DNA of 64,000 nucleotides from Candidatus Aquitaenariimonas noxiae (GTDB lineage Bacteria; Omnitrophota; Gorgyraeia; Aquitaenariimonadales; Aquitaenariimonadaceae): NCBI GenBank assembly GCA_002780005.1, contig PEWV01000071.1, positions 69,754 to 133,753 of the forward strand, read 5' to 3'. Shown piece by piece: positions 56,978 to 64,000 of this stretch (position 1 is its first letter; each line of letters starts with the position of its first letter). The notes under the pieces were generated by a model. It saw only the letters and a program-made list of their open reading frames with translations, ran no database searches and was not told where the DNA came from. The position numbers and the translations under genes were made by a program.

Positions 56978-58369
56978 TTATTTAAGGCTTGGTTTCGGCA
57001 GATTCTTTAAAGATTCCAAGGATTTTGATAGCTCACTTTCGGGCAGAGAGTAATCAGTAAGGTGCCCGTCAAGAAATTTATCATATCCGGCAAGGTCCAT
57101 GAGACCATGACCGCTGTAATTGAATAGTATCACTTTTTCCTTGCCTTCTTGTTTCGCCTTGTTAGCCTCATCGATAACACCTGCAATCGCATGGCTCGTT
57201 TCAGGGGCGCAGATAAAGCCTTCAGTGTTTGCCCATATAAGAGCTGATTCATAGCACTGTACCTGATTATAGGCCCTAGGCTCTATAAGCTTTTCTACAA
57301 TAGCCTGGCTGACTAAAGGCGCCATGCCGTGATATCTTAACCCGCCTGCGTGAATTGGCGGCGGCACAAAATTATGGCCTAGCGTGAACATTGCCATAAG
57401 CGGCGTTTGGCATGCGGTATCGCCAAAATCATAGGTATAGGGCCCCCTGGTCATTGTAGGGCAAGCGGTCGGTTCTGTGGGAATGATCTTTATCTTAGCG
57501 CCATTAATTTTGTCGTAAACGAACGGGAAGGACAATCCTCCGAAGTTGCTCCCCCCTCCTGTACAGGCAATTATAACGTCTGCGCCCCTCTCCCCTGCCA
57601 TTTTGAGCTGTTTTTTTGCCTCTAAACCTATTATGGTCTGATGCAATAGGACATGGTTCAAGACACTGCCCAGGGAATAGCGGGTTTTGCCTGATTTATC
57701 AGAAACAGCTTCCTCTATTGCCTCGCTTATAGCTATACCCAGGCTGCCAGGAGTATCAGGCATCTTCTTCAACACCTCTCTCCCGAAATTTGTTTCATTG
57801 CTTGGGCTAGCCACACATTTAGCGCCCCATATGCGCATCATGCTTTTACGGAGCGGTTTTTGGTCAAAACTTATCCTTACCATATACACCTTACACTCAA
57901 GGCCTATGAGCTTACAAGCAAAAGACAAAGCGCACCCCCATTGCCCGGCCCCTGTTTCAGTGATTAACTTCTTGATCCCGAATTTCTTATTATACCAGGC
58001 CTGCGGAATAGCCGTATTCGGCTTGTGGCTACCCGGAGGACTCATGCTTTCGTCTTTGTAATAAATGCGGGCCGGCGTTTTTAAATATTCTTCTAGATAT
58101 GTCGCCCTGCGTAACGGTGACGGTCTCCAGCGGTAAAGTATTTGGATTATTTCGTCCGGTATGTCTATCCAGCGTTTTTGGCTTACTTCCTGCTCTATGA
58201 GATTCATAGGAAAAACAGGGGCTAACATGTCCGGGGTGATAGGTTTTCCTCCCGGCCCTAATGGCGGCGGAGCAGGCGGAAGGTCTGCGGCTAAGTTGTA
58301 CCATTGCTTCGGTATGTCATTCTCACTAAGAAAGAATTTTTTTTCTTTCACAATGTACTCCTTTCGCAT
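56978..58369 (-). CDS. tryptophan synthase beta chain, TrpB2 type (stand-alone)
   Basis: 463 aa, GSHKPN PLP-Lys motif, GAGQWG, GGGSN. No trpA is nearby. Confidence 0.8.
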   Translation of the reverse strand: MRKEYIVKEKKFFLSENDIPKQWYNLAADLPPAPPPLGPGGKPITPDMLAPVFPMNLIEQEVSQKRWIDIPDEIIQILYRWRPSPLRRATYLEEYLKTPARIYYKDESMSPPGSHKPNTAIPQAWYNKKFGIKKLITETGAGQWGCALSFACKLIGLECKVYMVRISFDQKPLRKSMMRIWGAKCVASPSNETNFGREVLKKMPDTPGSLGIAISEAIEEAVSDKSGKTRYSLGSVLNHVLLHQTIIGLEAKKQLKMAGERGADVIIACTGGGSNFGGLSFPFVYDKINGAKIKIIPTEPTACPTMTRGPYTYDFGDTACQTPLMAMFTLGHNFVPPPIHAGGLRYHGMAPLVSQAIVEKLIEPRAYNQVQCYESALIWANTEGFICAPETSHAIAGVIDEANKAKQEGKEKVILFNYSGHGLMDLAGYDKFLDGHLTDYSLPESELSKSLESLKNLPKPSLK

Positions 58370-58376
58370 TGGTTAA

Positions 58377-58757
58377 TCACATTAATTCCACTTCTATATT
58401 TGGTTTGCCATTTAATGTATTTCCGACCGGGCAATTCTTTATAAAACTCAAAAGAGCTTCCTTCCTCTTATCATCCAGCTTCGGACCTTTTAGTTCAATC
58501 GAAACATTTATAGTTTCAAACCTTACGGGCTTTTCTTTAGAAAAATCCGCATCTACTTTTACCTTGAACCCTGATATGGGAAGTTTAGCTCCTTCGATAT
58601 ACTTATTTATGTAAACGCCTACGCAGCTTCCTAAGCTGGTCAATAAAGTATCCGGAGGCGTCATACCTTTTCCTTTGGTATCTACAATAAACTCATAATC
58701 TTTCGATCTTGCCTTCATTATCGAGCCGCCGTTATTTTCGATCTCAACGCTATACAT
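58377..58757 (-). CDS. OsmC/Ohr-family protein
   Basis: 126 aa with the LLTSLGSCVGV active-site Cys region. Confidence 0.75.
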   Translation of the reverse strand: MYSVEIENNGGSIMKARSKDYEFIVDTKGKGMTPPDTLLTSLGSCVGVYINKYIEGAKLPISGFKVKVDADFSKEKPVRFETINVSIELKGPKLDDKRKEALLSFIKNCPVGNTLNGKPNIEVELM

Positions 58758-58805
58758 GCGCCTGTTCTTTTTTGTTGAAACTTCTCCTAATGTTTTCCAT
58801 AGTTA

Positions 58806-59378
58806 CTACTTAGGGAAATTAAATTTAATGTCTACGTCTTTTCTTTCTTCTTCCGCTATCTTGAAGAACTCCTTCGGAGCCATTTTAAGCATACTCGCAA
58901 CCCACATGTCCGGTATCTGGGCAATTCTTATATTATAGACATTTACAGAATCGTTGTAGAATTCCCTGCGGTCAGCTATCTGGCTTTCCAGGTAACTAAC
59001 CCTTTGCTGTAATTGCATGAAATTTTGGTTCGCCTTTAAATCAGGATAATTTTCAGCAACCGCGAATAGGGTCTTCAAGGCGCCGCTCAATTGATTCTCG
59101 GCCTGAGCTGATTCGCCCACCGTCCTTGCCTGGAGGCAGGCAGTCCTCGCAAAGGTTATCTTCTCAAGCGTTTCCCGTTCATATTTCATATAGCCTTCGC
59201 AAACTTTTAAGAGCTTTGGTATTTCATCATACCGTTGTTTTAAAAGCACATCTATATTTGCCCACGCCTTATCAATGTTTCGCGAGATCACGATCAAACC
59301 GTTATAAACAGAAACAAAATAAAGGATTGTACCGAGTGCAAGAAAAAACAAGATGCCTAAAATAATAATCAAAACCAT
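58806..59378 (-). CDS. LemA-family protein
   Basis: N-terminal TM, then ...NIDVLLKQRYDEIP.L.......ERETL. The ATG at 59378 is preceded by GGAGGT. The track ORF extends further upstream. Confidence 0.8.
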   Translation of the reverse strand: MVLIIILGILFFLALGTILYFVSVYNGLIVISRNIDKAWANIDVLLKQRYDEIPKLLKVCEGYMKYERETLEKITFARTACLQARTVGESAQAENQLSGALKTLFAVAENYPDLKANQNFMQLQQRVSYLESQIADRREFYNDSVNVYNIRIAQIPDMWVASMLKMAPKEFFKIAEEERKDVDIKFNFPK

Positions 59379-59395
59379 ACCATACCTCCTTTTTT

Positions 59396-60316
59396 TTAAA
59401 ATCTCAGAATTACTAAATGATAAGCTACATTTAACAGCATCACCATGGCTAACGCCGCGCCTCCGTAAATGCCTAGTATTGACTGCCATAACAATTTACC
59501 GATCAAATCTTTCTGGCTGTAATCCGAAAGTATGAATATCTTTTCCGCTTCGCCTTTCGCTATTATGATCTCAGGCGACGATGTGGTCACCTCGCTGGAT
59601 TTCAACTCTTCTTCCAGGATCTCAGTCTCTATTTTGGCTACGGCCAGGTCCCATTCTTCAGGGCTGATGTTGCCGTCTTTATTCAGGTCGATCTCAGCCA
59701 TTCCTTTAGGGTCCTTTTTTAATTTGACCAGACGCTCCCGCAGCTTCTCTCTATGATCATTCATATGACTTGAGACATTTCTTGCCGTACCCAAAATGTA
59801 AGCTTTGTCTCCGGGATAAATATGATATTCCTTAAAACGCAGCTTATGGGTTCCGAAAAGATCTCTATATGCAATGGAGTTTCTATTCATGAACTCTACG
59901 AGATTGGAAGGTAAGGGCTTTTCCCAACCTGTTCCAAATTCGTAGTCAAGAGAGAGGAATGTTTCAGCGCCTTTCGGAAAAACCATTATTTCGCCTGTTC
60001 CGTCATTTAGTAAAAAAGGGCAATAAGAACTATCCCCTTTCGCTATCGTAACCCACTTGCTGCTGCGCCCGCTCTGTTCATATCGTTCTACCGTATAGCT
60101 ATAAAACACGCAGTCGGCGTTACTAAAAGGCCCTTTCAGGGGTTTATCTTTTTTAGCGTCCCCTACAATTTCCGCTAAACCAATGGCTAGGCCGCGAATG
60201 GTAGATGTTGGGATATTCTCGATCAACCTCTTCCTGCGCAGCCTGCTAAATCCCCAAAAAAAACCCCATACCCCAAATCCAAAAAAACACAAAGGTTGTA
60301 AAATGTCTGTATACAC
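59396..60316 (-). CDS. GIDE-like membrane protein with embedded EF-hand loop (LemA-associated)
   Basis: N- and C-terminal TM helices. DLNKDGNISPEE is a canonical D-x-N-x-D-G-x-I-x3-E calcium loop. It is adjacent to lemA, as in conserved LemA-GIDE pairs. Confidence 0.5.
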   Translation of the reverse strand: MYTDILQPLCFFGFGVWGFFWGFSRLRRKRLIENIPTSTIRGLAIGLAEIVGDAKKDKPLKGPFSNADCVFYSYTVERYEQSGRSSKWVTIAKGDSSYCPFLLNDGTGEIMVFPKGAETFLSLDYEFGTGWEKPLPSNLVEFMNRNSIAYRDLFGTHKLRFKEYHIYPGDKAYILGTARNVSSHMNDHREKLRERLVKLKKDPKGMAEIDLNKDGNISPEEWDLAVAKIETEILEEELKSSEVTTSSPEIIIAKGEAEKIFILSDYSQKDLIGKLLWQSILGIYGGAALAMVMLLNVAYHLVILRF

Positions 60317-60321
60317 GCCCT

Positions 60322-60588
60322 TTAATTTTCTCTTTTACGTTTACAGGTATCGTCCCTGCATTTCTTGCAGGCATCGGACGGTTCGCCCTTCTTCCCTTTA
60401 GTATCTGATTTCTTATAATCCGTGGCGTAAAATCCTGTGCCTTTAAATATAATACCGGCCCCCGACCCTATAAGCCTTTTTACCTTACCACCGCATTTCG
60501 GGCATTTTTCTATGCGAGCAGCTTTCATAGATTGGAATATTTCGAAAACATGCGCACATTTTTGGCATTTATAATCATACGTCGGCAT
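60322..60588 (-). CDS. FmdB-family zinc-ribbon protein
   Basis: MPTYDYKCQKCAHVFE...KCPKCGG is the FmdB CxxC...CxxC signature. Starting at the internal Met shortens the track ORF. Confidence 0.75.
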   Translation of the reverse strand: MPTYDYKCQKCAHVFEIFQSMKAARIEKCPKCGGKVKRLIGSGAGIIFKGTGFYATDYKKSDTKGKKGEPSDACKKCRDDTCKRKREN

Positions 60589-60635
60589 AGCTATGTCCTT
60601 CTCGTAAACCTGTAAAGCAAATATAGAAACTGAGT

Positions 60636-60962
60636 TTACCTTCTCTGGATTCCCCTGACTTTTTCTCCCCATGAAAGGAAAATTATACCCAGCAAACAAA
60701 CAAAAAACGAAAGAGGCAGACGTGTCAAAATGAACATCACGACACTATGTAATTCATAATAACATTTTGGATCTTCCAGCCAAGGGATCTTAAGTCCGAA
60801 CATATAAAACAGAAATAAGAGCGGGAACGATATCCATCTGCCGTCAAGGGTCCAGAAAAATAATTGACACGCAAAAAGGCAGGTTCCGCTTAAAAATAAA
60901 AAACTTCCACCGCCCTCAATAATACTCGCGACAACCCTCTTCGAGATACGAGTTTTTGACAT
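60636..60962 (-). CDS. hypothetical small membrane protein
   Basis: 3 hydrophobic helices, no recognisable domain. Confidence 0.4.
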   Translation of the reverse strand: MSKTRISKRVVASIIEGGGSFLFLSGTCLFACQLFFWTLDGRWISFPLLFLFYMFGLKIPWLEDPKCYYELHSVVMFILTRLPLSFFVCLLGIIFLSWGEKVRGIQRR

Positions 60963-60991
60963 AGTTTTTTCCTTTTTATTTGTCGGCTTAC

Positions 60992-61360
60992 TTACTGCCT
61001 GAAGAGATTATTGATAGTTTGGTTTATGTTCTCGAAATCCAGAGTTTTTTCAAGAAGCTCGTCTGTGCCGGATTTTCTTGCCTTTTTCGCGTTAACGGCA
61101 TCAAGGTGCCCTGTAACCATTATAATTTTGCCGTTAAATCCCTCCAATAACTTAATCTGCCTGCAAAGATCAAACCCGTCTATATCTTTCAACACAACAT
61201 CTATCACGATGATATCGGGTTTAAAAGATTTCACTATTTCAAAACCTTGAGCGCCGTTTTTCGCGCTCGTGACCTCGTCATAACCGTCTCTCTGTAAAGC
61301 AATGGTCATGGCCTTCCTATCTTGGTCATCGTCATCTATAACTAATATTTTCTTGCTCAC
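60992..61360 (-). CDS. response regulator, receiver domain only
   Basis: KILVIDDDD, IIVIDVVLKDIDG and the K-containing C-terminal motif. Confidence 0.8.
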   Translation of the reverse strand: MSKKILVIDDDDQDRKAMTIALQRDGYDEVTSAKNGAQGFEIVKSFKPDIIVIDVVLKDIDGFDLCRQIKLLEGFNGKIIMVTGHLDAVNAKKARKSGTDELLEKTLDFENINQTINNLFRQ

Positions 61361-61386
61361 CGCCGTCCCGTATTTTTAATAATAAC

Positions 61387-62163
61387 TTAAATCCTTAAAT
61401 ATTTTCTAGAAAGCCCCACTACAAAAATCGGCATAACAAATGCCCCTGAAAAAGCTTCTATGGAGGCTACTATCTTGCCAAGCCCCATAGGACTTATATC
61501 CCCGTAACCGACAGTTGTAAATGTTACTACGCTAAGATAAATGGCTTTAAAAAAATCGGGTTTAAGTATGATGCCATTCACTAAAACATAATCGAATGTA
61601 TAGCAAAATGCCGACAATAAAATAATGGCTATGGCGGCAAGAAATGACCTGGCCGGCCGTTCGCCGTGCCCCCATACAGCGAAAGAACAGCTTAGTATAA
61701 ACCACATAAAAACATGTTTAATAAAACCTATTACCCCTTTTTCCTCTTTGATTTTAGCGATGCGGCGTATTTTGCCTGGGCTGAAAAGACTGTAAATTAG
61801 GAATTTCCTATAGCACTCCTTAGAACGATAGAAGCAATTTGAAAAACCATGCGATTCCGCATTTCTCTCATGGTTTATCGCGGCGTATTTATACAATAAT
61901 GACGCATATTCATAATCGACGAATCTCTCGGCTTCCTGAGCAGCTTTTTCATAAGAAAGCGCGGCGTTGTCGAAAGTTTTTTCCTCGCATTTTTTATTCC
62001 AGCAGCTGGCCGCCGAGGCAAAACATAAAGTCGCCTGCTCGTGGTTCCCTAACTCTTGATAAATTTCGGCTGATTTTGTAAATAACCGGAATGCTTCTTC
62101 GAATTTGTTCTCTGTCAGGAATGAATATGCTTCTCTTTCCAGTGAATACGGTTCTGCGCTCAT
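61387..62163 (-). CDS. potassium-channel-family protein (2TM pore, TVGYGD filter) with N-terminal helical TPR-like cytoplasmic domain
   Basis: SVVTFTTVGYGDISP selectivity-filter signature, plus about 150 aa of N-terminal helical repeats. Confidence 0.75.
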   Translation of the reverse strand: MSAEPYSLEREAYSFLTENKFEEAFRLFTKSAEIYQELGNHEQATLCFASAASCWNKKCEEKTFDNAALSYEKAAQEAERFVDYEYASLLYKYAAINHERNAESHGFSNCFYRSKECYRKFLIYSLFSPGKIRRIAKIKEEKGVIGFIKHVFMWFILSCSFAVWGHGERPARSFLAAIAIILLSAFCYTFDYVLVNGIILKPDFFKAIYLSVVTFTTVGYGDISPMGLGKIVASIEAFSGAFVMPIFVVGLSRKYLRI

Positions 62164-62176
62164 TTATAAAACCTTC

Positions 62177-62473
62177 TTATTTTAAAATGCCCTGGAGCTG
62201 TTCCATTTCATCTAAGAGGGTATTATACAACCTAACAGAAACTTTGGCAAACCATATTGTAACAACTATCAAAATAAGTGTTATAAGGATCTTGTGGATC
62301 TTCTTAAATGCCGGACTCGTCCATAATATGGGCAAGGCAAGCGGCCCTATACATAAAATCGCCACTACGACCCAAACCGGCCGCAAAAACCACCTTAGGT
62401 CTGTTTGTTGTTGATTTTTAGAACTGTCCATATGCACATCCCCCCTTATTATTGCTATTATATTATTATACAA
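62177..62473 (-). CDS. hypothetical small membrane protein
   Basis: 2 TM, no recognisable domain. Confidence 0.4.
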   Translation of the reverse strand: MYNNIIAIIRGDVHMDSSKNQQQTDLRWFLRPVWVVVAILCIGPLALPILWTSPAFKKIHKILITLILIVVTIWFAKVSVRLYNTLLDEMEQLQGILK

Positions 62474-62587
62474 GGTTTGATCAAATTATTCAATCTTATG
62501 ATTGCGCCTAAACATAACTTTAATATATACTGGGTATTAGGATAAACGGGCTAAAAGCGAGAAAACGCAAAAAGAAAAGAAATGTTT

Positions 62588-63001
62588 CTAAATATAGGAA
62601 GCTATTTTTCTTTCATTGATAAAGCGCACTATAGCATCTTTATCTTCATTTGATACGTATTTAAACTGGATGCCCAATCGATAATCGTTCGTCTCTTCAA
62701 CCAGAACCCTGTAGCGCACCTCTCCCCTTATCTGTATAAATCTGGCGTCATCAGCATTCATGGTTCCGGTGCTAAACAACGGAAATGATATCATAAGAAT
62801 GGCTGCGGTTGGAATTTTATACTCTGTAGAAAGCGCTATACCTTCTTCGCTTAAGTCCATAGCGATGGATGGGATCTCTCGATTCAATGTTAAAGCCCGT
62901 GCCTCAAGTGGATCTTCTACCTTATAGCTTGCTATAAATTTTACGTTTACTCTTTGAAATCTACGCCTGTCAATACCTGGATATAAGTCCTTCATGGCCA
63001 T
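62588..63001 (-). CDS. PilZ-domain protein (c-di-GMP receptor)
   Basis: The RRRFQR (RxxxR) and DLSEEGIAL (D/NxSxxG) motifs of the PilZ c-di-GMP binding site. Confidence 0.75.
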   Translation of the reverse strand: MAMKDLYPGIDRRRFQRVNVKFIASYKVEDPLEARALTLNREIPSIAMDLSEEGIALSTEYKIPTAAILMISFPLFSTGTMNADDARFIQIRGEVRYRVLVEETNDYRLGIQFKYVSNEDKDAIVRFINERKIASYI

Positions 63002-63010
63002 TACCCTTTT

Positions 63011-63604
63011 TTAGTCAAAATCCAATTCGTTAAGTATCAAATAGCCCGGAGGCGGAAGTTTATCGGTTTCATATCTTGCACAATTATTTTTCTCATCTTT
63101 TTCTTTAATATCGTCTTCGGGATCAACCATTACCTCTATCTGCCTGTATATTTGTTCGGTTTTTGCCTTAGCCGAAACAGTTATTGCATTATCAGGGCCG
63201 CAATTTAAGCAGGGTATAAATTTATCACAAATTTTCTCTCTTCCCCGCCTTTGCCCGGAACAGTAAAATGTCATTTTCAAATTTCTCAGCGGCTGGGTTT
63301 TGGCAAGGTTCGTGACCTTGCTTGTAATAATATTATTTTCAAAATCAATCGTGACATCTGAAACCATTAGATCGGGCAGGCCTTCTTCGCGGCTGATATC
63401 GCCTGACGCTGTGGAGTAGCTATCGCTATCATTCGAACCGAAAACCTTTTCCGAGTTTTGTGGAACTGTTTTTGAAGGTCCTGAATCATATGCTTCGGAT
63501 GTCAATGTTGCGGCATTCTTTTTATTTTCGGCGCCGAACGAATTTGAACAGGTTAAAAAAAGCGTAACACTGATTAAAAATATCGGATAAATTGAGTTTT
63601 TCAT
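63011..63604 (-). CDS. hypothetical secreted Cys-rich protein
   Basis: Signal peptide MKNSIYPIFLISVTLFLTCSNSFGA. C-terminal CSGQ...CDKFIPCLNCGP cluster. Confidence 0.5.
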   Translation of the reverse strand: MKNSIYPIFLISVTLFLTCSNSFGAENKKNAATLTSEAYDSGPSKTVPQNSEKVFGSNDSDSYSTASGDISREEGLPDLMVSDVTIDFENNIITSKVTNLAKTQPLRNLKMTFYCSGQRRGREKICDKFIPCLNCGPDNAITVSAKAKTEQIYRQIEVMVDPEDDIKEKDEKNNCARYETDKLPPPGYLILNELDFD

Positions 63605-63735
63605 TCTAGTCGGACTTTGCCTATTTTTATAACTGTTCCCACCCGGATCATAATTATAATAGCGCCCGAATAATAATAAGTCAATAAAATTGTGTATGAA
63701 TATTATGTATATAAATGGTCTAGGAAAAAATGGGA

Positions 63736-64000
63736 TTAGAAGAAAATTTTGCTAATATAAAGCCATATGGGTATGGTGACGATAGCGAACAGGTGGGAAT
63801 AAAATACGGTGCCGCTAAAAAATTTATTATCTGCTTTAGTGTAGCTGCCTATCACGACGAGGGATATGGCGCTCGGCATCGCGGATTGGAGAAGGATAAA
63901 AAATTTATAGGACACATCAAAAGGGCTATATCTCAACATGATCAGAACAAGCATCGGAAGCGCTATTAGTTTCGCAAAAGTGCAGCTTGCCAAGGCGCGC
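63736..64000 (-). CDS. AEC-family (auxin efflux carrier-like) transporter, C-terminal part, 5' end beyond window
   Basis: LLQSAMPSAISLVVIGSYTKADNKFFSGTVFYSHLFAIVTIPIWLY matches the AEC C-terminal repeat. The frame stays open to the window edge. Confidence 0.6.
   Translation of the reverse strand, partial: RALASCTFAKLIALPMLVLIMLRYSPFDVSYKFFILLQSAMPSAISLVVIGSYTKADNKFFSGTVFYSHLFAIVTIPIWLYISKIFF

Noticed and set aside
58806..60699. N-terminal extensions of lemA (to 59489) and the FmdB gene (to 60699)
   Set aside because: Internal Met codons with RBS match canonical family N-termini (MVLIII... and MPTYDYKC...).

Overview
This 64-kb window looks like a compact, gene-dense chromosome segment from an uncultured Gram-negative-type (LPS-bearing) bacterium. 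It is AT-leaning, many genes are translationally coupled by ATGA/overlapping stops, and TGA is used as a stop codon. Every CDS from position 1 to 55377 is on the + strand and every CDS from 56242 to 64000 is on the - strand. The two blocks converge on an ~860-bp ORF-free island (55378..56241) that holds a 28-bp match to the Firmicutes-type XerCD dif site, so the window most likely spans the replication terminus. The contents run as follows.
- 1..17.8 kb: a glycan-biosynthesis locus with three SAM methyltransferases, GT4, a GT9-GT2 fusion, GT2, a GmhB-GT2 fusion, a GT28 MGDG-synthase-like enzyme and two large polytopic (GT-C-like) membrane proteins. It also carries two NodU/CmcH carbamoyltransferases, the second followed by SxtJ-like and DUF5989 small membrane proteins.
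- 17.9..30.7 kb: housekeeping genes: UDG4, priA, def, fmt, a gap-pgk-tpiA-secG operon with a near-consensus promoter, and a five-gene Opp/Dpp-type ABC transporter.
- 30.8..31.3 kb: a 590-bp intergenic region with two elaborate nested inverted-repeat structures that I read as candidate ncRNAs.
- 31.3..42.8 kb: glgC, a GNAT, archaeal-type leuCD, leuB, asd, truA, a thermonuclease, HAD, an ECF sigma/anti-sigma pair, spoVG, yraN and a ComM/YifB-like ATPase.
- 42.9..55.4 kb: nth, receiver-only response regulators, an M48 peptidase, NUDIX, a disrupted flavodoxin, deoxyhypusine synthase and small half-size transporters. It also holds a GGDEF cyclase frameshifted inside a G9 tract exactly at the GGDEF codons, a Cys-rich small ORF plus a Met-rich membrane protein, arfB, a SagB-like nitroreductase, an APC permease and a zincin.
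- 56.2..64 kb (- strand): ttcA, trpB2, OsmC, a LemA/GIDE-like(EF-hand)/FmdB trio, a receiver, a TVGYGD potassium channel with an N-terminal helical domain, PilZ, a secreted Cys-rich protein and a partial AEC transporter.
No rRNA, tRNA, CRISPR array, transposase or integrase was recognised. One caveat: by my count a one-base discrepancy exists between the printed sequence and the ORF track around 25.50 kb. I used the ORF-track coordinates there, so positions I derived by hand may be off by 1.
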